A stretch of 34,695 nt of DNA from Fidelibacterota bacterium. Its GTDB lineage: Bacteria; Fidelibacterota; Marinisomatia; Marinisomatales; TCS56. The stretch spans positions 1-34,695 of the forward strand of contig JBDRBK010000135.1 in NCBI GenBank assembly GCA_043822705.1, read 5' to 3'. A program made the translations under genes and the position numbers. The notes under the pieces were generated by a model. It made no database searches, was not told the origin of the DNA, and saw nothing but the letters and a program-made list of their open reading frames with translations. Below, piece after piece: positions 17,668-25,347 of the stretch (position 1 is the stretch's first letter; each line of letters starts with the position of its first letter).

Positions 17668-20428
17668 ATCAAATTCATCGGTCGATCAGATTATCGATGC
17701 TTTGCAGGAACGCTCCAAAGAATTATACTGCCTGTATCAGGTCGAGGAATTGCTGCGGAATTATAATGAACCGACGGAGACGGTACTACAGTGGGTGGTC
17801 CAGATAATCCCGGCCGGCTGGCAGTACCCGGACCTGTGTCAGGCGCTGATCGAATACGATTCCCGGATTTATGCCACGAACAATTTTGAAGCGACTGCCT
17901 GGCAGATCGAGGCACCGATCCGTGTACACGATGAAGACCTGGGGCGGGTGGTGGTCAATTACCGTTCGACCGTTCCCGACGAAGATAACGGTCCGTTCTT
18001 CAAGGAAGAAAAAAAATTACTCAAGGCCATCGCCGAACGGATCAGCAATTTTGTCATGCACCAACAGCTCAAGCAGATCAAGCAGGAGTTGAGTGAAGTC
18101 AGGGCCGGCCGGCGGAGGATGGATGACCGGGAAACACTGATCGTCACGGAATTGCTGTATCGCACCGATACCGATTTGTTCCTGCGGATTGCCCGCAAAA
18201 TGCTGAATTTTCTATGCCGCAAGGGCATTCCGGAAGCGGAAGCGATCCTGCACGACCTGAGTTCTGACAAACTGATCAGTAACAATGCCAGAATTCTGGG
18301 CTCTAATCGTCCCACCAAACCCAAGGCCAAGAAAAATATCATTGAATTAAGCAAACTGACGTTTGATATTGCCGGCCGTTTCCTCAGCGACGAGGATATC
18401 ATCGATCGCATCCAAAACTGGATTCACGAGGACAAAATCAATTTTTTGATCAAATCATTGAACGATCCGCACAGCACTATCGATGAAATTGCCGACGATT
18501 TTCGCCGCTTCCGGCAACTGGAAGTCCGGGAGAATATCCGGGTCTCGGAACATACCCTGCGCAGTATCCGGGTTCAGGCGATTCAACGGCTGTTGACCGA
18601 ACAGACCGGTTACGTCACGGTCGCCAAGGAATTCATTGAAATGGATGATCTGGCCGGTCTGATGGAGCGTCTGATTTATCCGGTCAACAGTCACGGTCAG
18701 TTGGGCGGCAAGGGCGCAGGGATGTTTCTGGCATCCCGGATCGTCAAGCGATTGAGCCGTAACTATCCCGGACTGAAAAACGTACGCACCCCCAAAACCT
18801 GGTACATCGCCTCCGATGGTCTGATCCGCTTTCTGTACCATAATGACTTGCAGGATATAGTCAATCAGAAATATAAGGATATCGACCAGATCCACCAGGA
18901 ATATCCCCAGATCATCGAGATTTTCAAGAATTCCAAATTTCCGCCCGAGATGGTGCAGAAGCTGGCGGTCGCGCTGGATGAATTAGGCGATGTGCCGATC
19001 ATTGTCCGCAGCTCCAGCCTGCTCGAAGACCGGCTGGGGTCGGCCTTTTCGGGCAAATACGAAAGTTTGTTTTTAGGCAACCAGGGCAACAAGAAGGACC
19101 GCCTGGCCGCCCTGCTGGACGCGATCGCTGAGGTTTATGCCTCGACTTTCTGTCCCGATGCCATTGAGTACCGGACCGAGCGCAATCTGCTCGATTCGCA
19201 AGAGCAGATGGGCGTCCTGATCCAGGAGGTGGTGGGTCGGCGGGTCGGGCCCTATTTTCTGCCAGCCTTCGGTGGCGTGGCCCTCAGCAACAATGAATTC
19301 CGCTGGTCCCATCGGATCAAGCGCGAGGATGGTCTGATTCGGCTCGCTCCGGGGCTGGGTACCCGGGCAGTGGACCGCCTCAGCGACGATTACCCGGTCC
19401 TGATCGCACCGGGCCAGCCCGGTCTCCGGGTCAACGTTTCGATCGACGAAATCGTGCGCTACTCGCCGAACAAGATCGATCTGATAAATCTGGAATCCAA
19501 TTCTTTCGAAACCGTCGATCTGAAAAAGTTTATCCGTGATTACGGCGAAGATTTTCCCCCGCTCCAGAATATGATTTCGATCCTCCGCGATAATCATCTG
19601 CGGCCGCCGTCCCTGCTCGACACCGATCTGACCGAGGTCGAGGTGGTGGCGACTTTTGACGGCCTGATCAAGAACACTTCCTTTGTGGCCGACATCCGTG
19701 AAATGCTGCTTGGGCTGCAGGACAGTTTGGGCTTTCCGGTGGATATTGAATTTGCCTCGGACGGTGAAAATTTCTATTTGCTGCAATGTCGGGCCCAGAG
19801 TTACAGCAAGCTTACGCAACCGACCGAGATACCCAAGAATATTGACGTAAAATCAATCCTGTTTTCAGCCAAACGCTATATCTCCAACGGCTACGTTCCG
19901 GAAATCACTCATATCGTGTATGTCGATCCCAACCGTTACAGCGAGATTGGTGAGCGCGATATCATGCTGCGGGTCGGAAGGGCGGTCAGCCGCCTGAATC
20001 TGGAACTGCCGAAGCGTAAATTTATCCTGATGGGTCCCGGTCGCTGGGGCAGCCGTGGCGATATCCGACTGGGGGTAAGCATCACCTATTCCGATATCAA
20101 TAATACGGCGGTCCTGATCGAAATCGCCCGTAAAAAAGGCAATTATCTGCCGGATCTTTCTTTCGGCACCCACTTTTTCCAGGATCTGGTCGAGTCGGAA
20201 ATTCGCTACCTGCCGCTCTATCCCGATGATCAGGGAATCCAATTCAACGATGCCTTTCTGCTGGAATCGCCCAGCATTCTGACCGCTCTGCTGCCGGGCT
20301 ACGAGGCCTTGCAGGATATCATTCGGGTGATCGACGTTCCCCAGGTCACCGGGGGACAGATACTGCGTATTTACATGAATGCCGACCGCGATGAGGCACT
20401 GGCCGTTTTGGTTTCCAAAGATAACTGA
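17660..20428 (+). CDS. PEP/pyruvate-binding (PPDK_N, ATP-grasp) domain protein B with N-terminal GAF-like sensory extension
   Basis: N-terminal LQERSKELYCLY; GGKGAGM, IVRSSSLLED..FSGKYES, MGVLIQEVVG, GLGTRAVD, DIEFA..YLLQCR; C-terminal GPGRWGS and LSFGTHFF. Overlaps the upstream gene by 8 bp. Confidence 0.85.
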   Translation: MVKSNSSVDQIIDALQERSKELYCLYQVEELLRNYNEPTETVLQWVVQIIPAGWQYPDLCQALIEYDSRIYATNNFEATAWQIEAPIRVHDEDLGRVVVNYRSTVPDEDNGPFFKEEKKLLKAIAERISNFVMHQQLKQIKQELSEVRAGRRRMDDRETLIVTELLYRTDTDLFLRIARKMLNFLCRKGIPEAEAILHDLSSDKLISNNARILGSNRPTKPKAKKNIIELSKLTFDIAGRFLSDEDIIDRIQNWIHEDKINFLIKSLNDPHSTIDEIADDFRRFRQLEVRENIRVSEHTLRSIRVQAIQRLLTEQTGYVTVAKEFIEMDDLAGLMERLIYPVNSHGQLGGKGAGMFLASRIVKRLSRNYPGLKNVRTPKTWYIASDGLIRFLYHNDLQDIVNQKYKDIDQIHQEYPQIIEIFKNSKFPPEMVQKLAVALDELGDVPIIVRSSSLLEDRLGSAFSGKYESLFLGNQGNKKDRLAALLDAIAEVYASTFCPDAIEYRTERNLLDSQEQMGVLIQEVVGRRVGPYFLPAFGGVALSNNEFRWSHRIKREDGLIRLAPGLGTRAVDRLSDDYPVLIAPGQPGLRVNVSIDEIVRYSPNKIDLINLESNSFETVDLKKFIRDYGEDFPPLQNMISILRDNHLRPPSLLDTDLTEVEVVATFDGLIKNTSFVADIREMLLGLQDSLGFPVDIEFASDGENFYLLQCRAQSYSKLTQPTEIPKNIDVKSILFSAKRYISNGYVPEITHIVYVDPNRYSEIGERDIMLRVGRAVSRLNLELPKRKFILMGPGRWGSRGDIRLGVSITYSDINNTAVLIEIARKKGNYLPDLSFGTHFFQDLVESEIRYLPLYPDDQGIQFNDAFLLESPSILTALLPGYEALQDIIRVIDVPQVTGGQILRIYMNADRDEALAVLVSKDN

Positions 20429-20565
20429 CCGGTTTGCCCGTCGGTATGAAGGGTTGTTGTGGTTTGCGGCGTAGCGCAAACCGGCACAAGTGCCCGGTAG
20501 GTGCGAAAAATTATTGTCAAATAACCATAACTGCGGATTCACTTAAATTCCCAAGGGACTGCCTG

Positions 20566-21255
20566 ATGAAATTGAAAATATCGAAACTGATTGTGGCCGC
20601 TGCTGCACCGCTGCTTTGGCAGAATTTTGCGTTGGCCGCGGATAGTCCGGCCGGACAAGCGGCGCCGGAATTGGTGTTTACCGTGGATATGAGCGAAAAC
20701 CGCTGTCTGCTGGGAATCTGGCTCGAGCAACCCGCCGGCGAATTTGTGGAGACGGTTTTTGTCAGTAATAAACTGGGGCAGAAGGGCCTGGCGAACCGGG
20801 GCGGCGCCATTGATGATAAAAAAGGCGGCTCCCGGATCAGTTCGCTGCCGGTCTGGGCGTACCACCGCGGCATTGATTACGGTAATGGAAATTTCAACCC
20901 ACCCAAGGATCGGCCCCTGCCGGACGCCGTTTCCGGGGCCACGCCCCGGGCCGGTGAATTTACCTGGTCCTATCGGCCGGAGACGGCGCTGCCTTATGGC
21001 AAGTACTATTATTTTGTGGAAGTTAATAAAAGTTTTGACAACAACGACCAGCACAATTATTCCTGGTATCGGGGACAACCATCGGTGATCTGGCGCGGTG
21101 AGCTGATTTTAGGTGAGCAATCTTCCGTCACCGCCGCCGCAATCATCGGTCACGGCCACCCGGCCGGCGCCGATGGCTCGATCAATCCTGATATAGCAAC
21201 GTTGACCTCGGCGCTGGACCTGATCCACGCCGTAAATGTGACCATTATTCCCTGA
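20566..21255 (+). CDS. DUF2271-like exported protein with DAVSGAT flavinylation motif
   Basis: Signal peptide MKLKISKLIVAAAAPLLWQNFALA; IWLE..AGEFVETVFV, LPVWAY, PDAVSGATP, YFVEVN, GQPSVIW. Confidence 0.7.
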   Translation: MKLKISKLIVAAAAPLLWQNFALAADSPAGQAAPELVFTVDMSENRCLLGIWLEQPAGEFVETVFVSNKLGQKGLANRGGAIDDKKGGSRISSLPVWAYHRGIDYGNGNFNPPKDRPLPDAVSGATPRAGEFTWSYRPETALPYGKYYYFVEVNKSFDNNDQHNYSWYRGQPSVIWRGELILGEQSSVTAAAIIGHGHPAGADGSINPDIATLTSALDLIHAVNVTIIP

Positions 21256-21267
21256 CCGGAGCAGCGG

Positions 21268-22095
21268 ATGGACCGTAATTCAATCCCCCAGGTATTCGGA
21301 ACGCACAAGCCGGTGGTGGGCATGATCCATGTGTCGGCCCTCCCGGGGACGCCCGGCTACGGCGGTGACATGAAAAATATTATTGCCGGTGCGGTGAGTG
21401 AAGCGCGGCAGTACCGCGACGCCGGCATCGATGCCCTGGCCATCGAAAACATGCATGATCGCCCCTATCTCAAGCGTGCAGTGGGGCCGGAAATTGTCGC
21501 TGCCATGGCGGTGATCGGGTATGCAGTGAAACAGGCAGCCGGTTTGCCCACGGGGATTCAAATCCTGGCCGGCGCCAATCAGGCGGCGCTGGCAGCCGCG
21601 CTGGTAGCGGGCCTCGATTTCGCCCGGACCGAAGGCTTTGTTTTCGGTCACCTGGCCGATGAAGGTTTGATCGAATCGGACGCCGGCGAATTGTTGCGGT
21701 ACCGCCGGCAGATCGGCGCCGACCATATCCCGCTGTTGACTGATATCAAGAAAAAACACAGCTCGCATGCGATCACGATGGATATTGATATCAGCGAAAC
21801 TGCCCGCGCTGCCGAATTTTTTCAGAGTGATGGTATTGTGATCACCGGTAGTTCTACCGGCCGACCGGCTGCTATGGAGGAAATTGTGGCGGTGCGGGAA
21901 GCGATTGACCTGCCGGTATTCGTCGGCTCCGGAATCACCGCCGAAAATGTGAACGATTATTTACCGATCTGCGACGGGCTGATCGTCGGATCATATTTAA
22001 AAGTGGATGGCCGCTGGTATAATCAGCCGGATAGTGTTCGGATCGGTCGCCTGTTGACGATCGTTCATGAATTTCACAATCGTCGGACCGACTGA
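21268..22095 (+). CDS. BtpA/SgcQ family TIM-barrel protein
   Basis: VGMIHVSALPGTP, IENMHDRPY, DIKKKHSSHAIT, VITGSSTG, VGSG, IVGS. Confidence 0.92.
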   Translation: MDRNSIPQVFGTHKPVVGMIHVSALPGTPGYGGDMKNIIAGAVSEARQYRDAGIDALAIENMHDRPYLKRAVGPEIVAAMAVIGYAVKQAAGLPTGIQILAGANQAALAAALVAGLDFARTEGFVFGHLADEGLIESDAGELLRYRRQIGADHIPLLTDIKKKHSSHAITMDIDISETARAAEFFQSDGIVITGSSTGRPAAMEEIVAVREAIDLPVFVGSGITAENVNDYLPICDGLIVGSYLKVDGRWYNQPDSVRIGRLLTIVHEFHNRRTD

Positions 22096-22109
22096 GCGGC
22101 CCCGGGGAT

Positions 22110-22436
22110 TTATTCTATCGATCTGGTGAGTTTTACGGCCGTTCCATAGACCAGTAATTCGGCTGTGGAGGCCAGGATCATCGATGTCTGGAAACGAATC
22201 CCGACGATGGCATCGGCCCCCAGATGCTGCGCCTGCAAAATCATCCGTTGCAGGGATTGCTCCCGCGACTCCGCCAGCATTTTGGTGTATTCCTTGATTT
22301 CGCCGCCGATGAGCGTCCGCAGACCGGCCATTATATCACGGCCGATATGCCGCGCCCGGATGGTGTTACCGACGACCGTTCCCAGATGTTCGGTGGTCCG
22401 GTAACCAGCGATGGTTTCGGTGGTGGCTAATATCAT
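22110..22436 (-). CDS. YbjQ/UPF0145 family protein
   Basis: MILATTETIAG, GRDIMAGLRTLIGGEIKEYT, GADAIVGIRF, YGTAVK. Confidence 0.93.
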   Translation of the reverse strand: MILATTETIAGYRTTEHLGTVVGNTIRARHIGRDIMAGLRTLIGGEIKEYTKMLAESREQSLQRMILQAQHLGADAIVGIRFQTSMILASTAELLVYGTAVKLTRSIE

Positions 22437-22645
22437 TTATCCACTTTTTTCAGCGCGTCGGCTTCCGGATCGTCCCGCCGCTCATTATAAATTGCTATCA
22501 AAATCATCACCAGGCCGACCAGGATTGCCAGCAGGGCCAGCCCCAGTAAAGGATTGCTGACGATAAAACTGATTATTTTACCGATGAAGACGACGATGAA
22601 TAAAATCGCTCCACCGATGGTCAGATAAATACCGGTCTGTTTCAT
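22433..22645 (-). CDS. Small two-helix membrane protein
   Basis: 70 aa with two hydrophobic segments; AGGAG RBS; 4-bp overlap with the ybjQ-family gene. Confidence 0.75.
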   Translation of the reverse strand: MKQTGIYLTIGGAILFIVVFIGKIISFIVSNPLLGLALLAILVGLVMILIAIYNERRDDPEADALKKVDK

Positions 22646-22896
22646 AATGTCTCCTCAGAAAATTGAAACCGTTCCCGATGGTCCAAGCCGCTGCTTGACC
22701 AGAAAGACAGTACTGAAAATAGCACTATTTGATCTAATTCTTCTGCAAGAAAATCAATGATTTTACTGCGCCGGTAGTGGCTCGCACGCCTGCCGCGATG
22801 TCAGTCGGACAATTCGCTCGTGATTTACCAATCGGTACCGGCAATTGTTTTATAGTAAATTGACTGTGGAAAATCTGGATTTAAATCGGAGGTAAT

Positions 22897-23211
22897 ATGA
22901 AACGCTATTTAGCGGGAATTGCCACGGGAGCCCTGGTGGCTATATTGACGTTGATCTTTTTGGGAGCCCGGCCGGCGCCGGATGATTCGGTTAAATTTTA
23001 TATCGAGCGCCTGGAAACGCTGATGAAAAATGAAATTGCCAAAAACCAGGATAACGGGCGTTATCAGTTGCAGTCCTTTGCCATCGACCGCACCCACTGG
23101 CATTATGTGCTGGATACGGCCACCGGCGAGCTGTACCGACTCGAATTGAACCAGTCTCCGGCCAACAGTAAATGGGTCCTGTTGACTGAAGCCAATTTTA
23201 CCCGGCCGTGA
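22897..23211 (+). CDS. Small exported hypothetical protein
   Basis: GGAGG RBS; N-terminal signal/anchor; GRYQ...VLDTATGE small beta-domain pattern. Confidence 0.8.
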   Translation: MKRYLAGIATGALVAILTLIFLGARPAPDDSVKFYIERLETLMKNEIAKNQDNGRYQLQSFAIDRTHWHYVLDTATGELYRLELNQSPANSKWVLLTEANFTRP

Positions 23212-23214
23212 TCG

Positions 23215-23511
23215 ATGATGCGGTATAATATGCTGAAAGGTCTGCTGGCCGCGTTTATCCTGGCGGCCACCGTACTGTGGAGCCCCGGTTGCGACAACGA
23301 AGCCTGCGGCGACTGTGGCGGCGGTTTAATCGACGGATATTTTTACAAAAAAGTCACGACCGAGGACCTGGGTTTCATCGGTAGCGAAAACGATAATATC
23401 CCCGACCTTGAGCTGGATGCCTGTATTCGTTTCCAATTTGATCTTAATAACGAGATCAATGTGGAATCGGTCAAAGTTGTCGATGATTGCTGTTGCGAGA
23501 TTTACCTCTGA
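23215..23511 (+). CDS. Small acidic Cys-rich putative lipoprotein
   Basis: Signal peptide ending SPG-C; CGDC, a single internal C and C-terminal CCCEIYL; starts 3 bp after the upstream gene. Confidence 0.7.
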   Translation: MMRYNMLKGLLAAFILAATVLWSPGCDNEACGDCGGGLIDGYFYKKVTTEDLGFIGSENDNIPDLELDACIRFQFDLNNEINVESVKVVDDCCCEIYL

Positions 23512-23518
23512 CCAGTCC

Positions 23519-24157
23519 ATGATAATTGAAACCCTGCAATTAGAGGCCTATCCGGTCAAAGCAATTATCGGCCTACACGGCTGGAGCGGCGACGAACAGT
23601 CACTGTTGCCGGTGGCCCGGGGGGTACGCTGCCGCGAAGCCCACTGGCTGCTGCCCCGGGGGCCCTACCCGGCGCAGGACGGCGATGGATTCGCCTGGTT
23701 TGCCGGATCGGACCGGCGCACCTGGCAGGCCGACCGGTCCTTTATCCTGCTGGATGAATTACTGGCCGGCTTGCGTGAGGACGGTTTCGCTGCCGCCGAT
23801 ATATATTTTTGCGGCTTTTCAATGGGAGCCTGCCTGGCGCTGGAATATGCCCTGCGGTTACCGCATGCATTGGGTGGCATCGTGCCGATCGCCGGATTTA
23901 TCCGTGATCCGCAGATGCTGGCGAAAGCGGCGACCGCCGCCAGCCGGGCCACGCCGGTGCTGCTGCTGCACGGCGCCGAAGATGAAATTGTACCATCGGA
24001 GTCCAGCCAAACCGCATATCAATTTTTAAAGGATCGCGGGCAGCCGGTAACGCTCGAACTCTATCCTGCCGCTCACAAAATTCCGGTCGACCGGTTCGGA
24101 TTGATCCGCGGTTTTATCGCCGGTGACAGCGTGCCGGTCGCCGCCTCCGCCCCTTGA
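23519..24157 (+). CDS. Phospholipase/carboxylesterase (alpha/beta hydrolase)
   Basis: LHGWSG, GFSMG nucleophile elbow, HGAEDEIVP, AHKI (Ser-Asp-His). Confidence 0.9.
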   Translation: MIIETLQLEAYPVKAIIGLHGWSGDEQSLLPVARGVRCREAHWLLPRGPYPAQDGDGFAWFAGSDRRTWQADRSFILLDELLAGLREDGFAAADIYFCGFSMGACLALEYALRLPHALGGIVPIAGFIRDPQMLAKAATAASRATPVLLLHGAEDEIVPSESSQTAYQFLKDRGQPVTLELYPAAHKIPVDRFGLIRGFIAGDSVPVAASAP

Positions 24158-25347
24158 TGGGGAAATCTGATATGGCTACCGTACATCCGCTGTTGGACCG
24201 GGAAAAACAACAACAGGCCCGGCGCTACGAGCAGGAAAAACGCATCCTGGGACTGACCGATTCTCTGATTTCGCTGGCACTGCTGCTGGCTGTCTATTTC
24301 AGCGGTTTTTCCCACAGGCTGGCCCATCTGGCACCTGAACAGCCGGTGGTTGCGGCTTTCCTGATTTACATTGTTGTTTTAATAATTATTTTCACCCTGG
24401 CCGAACTGCCACTGGGCTATTTTTCCGGATATGTTCGGGAGCGGCACTGGGGCTTCTCGAATCAGACGCCCGGGGCCTGGCTGGTCGACCAAGTCAAAGC
24501 ATTGGGCCTGAGCCTGGTACTGGCGCCGCTGCTGCTGGGCCTGCTGTTCTGGATAATGGCTGTCGCGCCGATCTGGTGGTGGCTGTACACCGGTCTGGCC
24601 ACCGCCCTGGTCGGAGTCGTTTTCACCACGATTTTTCCGGTGCTGATCCTGCCGATTTTCAATAAATATACGCCAATCGACGATGATGAACTGACCGGGC
24701 GCCTGGAAAGGATTTTGCTGCAGGCCGGACTGAAATCCAGCGGTTTCTTTATGGAAGACCTGAGCCGCCGGACCAAGAAAGAGAACGCTTTCCTGGCCGG
24801 GTTGGGACGTACCCGGCGGGTGGTCCTGTCCGATAATCTGCTGCGGAATATGTCGATGGCGGAAATCGAAGTGGTGATCGCCCATGAAGTCGGACATTAC
24901 CGCTATCGGCATATCTGGAAGAACCTGTTCGTCGGAACGCTACAGCAACTGATAGTGTTTTTCCTGTTGGATTGGCTGATGCGGACGCTGTTTTCAGCAT
25001 TCCCGGGTCCGACCCGCTGGAATCTGACCCTGTTCCCGGTCTTTGTCCTGCTGATGGGCGCTATCAGCGGATTCCTGTTCGGTCCGCTGGGGAATGCTCT
25101 GTCGCGCCATTTTGAACGGCAGGCCGATCGTAGCGCCCTGGAGCTGGTCCCGGACCGGCGATCGTTCCTGGCGGCCATGGCGGGCCTGGCCAACCGTAAT
25201 CTGTCCAACGCCTATCCGGCGCGTTGGATCAAATGGCTGTACTATTCCCATCCGCCGATCGGTGAGCGACTGGCGGCGGGAGAGGCTTATCAAGCGAGTA
25301 GCAACCCGGATGTAAAAATCAACCACATAAGCACTAAACTGTCATGA
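24157..25347 (+). CDS. Ste24-type M48 membrane zinc metalloprotease
   Basis: Multiple TM helices; ILPIFNKYTP, NAFLAGLGRTRRVVLSDNL, AHEVGH, SRHFERQAD, YSHPPIGER. TGATG overlap with the esterase. Confidence 0.93.
   Translation: MGKSDMATVHPLLDREKQQQARRYEQEKRILGLTDSLISLALLLAVYFSGFSHRLAHLAPEQPVVAAFLIYIVVLIIIFTLAELPLGYFSGYVRERHWGFSNQTPGAWLVDQVKALGLSLVLAPLLLGLLFWIMAVAPIWWWLYTGLATALVGVVFTTIFPVLILPIFNKYTPIDDDELTGRLERILLQAGLKSSGFFMEDLSRRTKKENAFLAGLGRTRRVVLSDNLLRNMSMAEIEVVIAHEVGHYRYRHIWKNLFVGTLQQLIVFFLLDWLMRTLFSAFPGPTRWNLTLFPVFVLLMGAISGFLFGPLGNALSRHFERQADRSALELVPDRRSFLAAMAGLANRNLSNAYPARWIKWLYYSHPPIGERLAAGEAYQASSNPDVKINHISTKLS

Noticed and set aside
15910..20428. Annotation as phosphoenolpyruvate synthase (ppsA) or pyruvate phosphate dikinase
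   Set aside because: Neither protein has the C-terminal pyruvate-binding barrel or a canonical TSHAAI motif.
22717..22764. Short AT-rich palindromes AAATAG-CA-CTATTT and AAAATCA-A-TGATTTT in a divergent intergenic region
   Set aside because: They do not match a regulator box I can name and could arise by chance in AT-rich promoter DNA.
23509..23511. TGA after the Cys-rich ORF as selenocysteine
   Set aside because: No evident SECIS hairpin, and the next gene starts 7 bp later.
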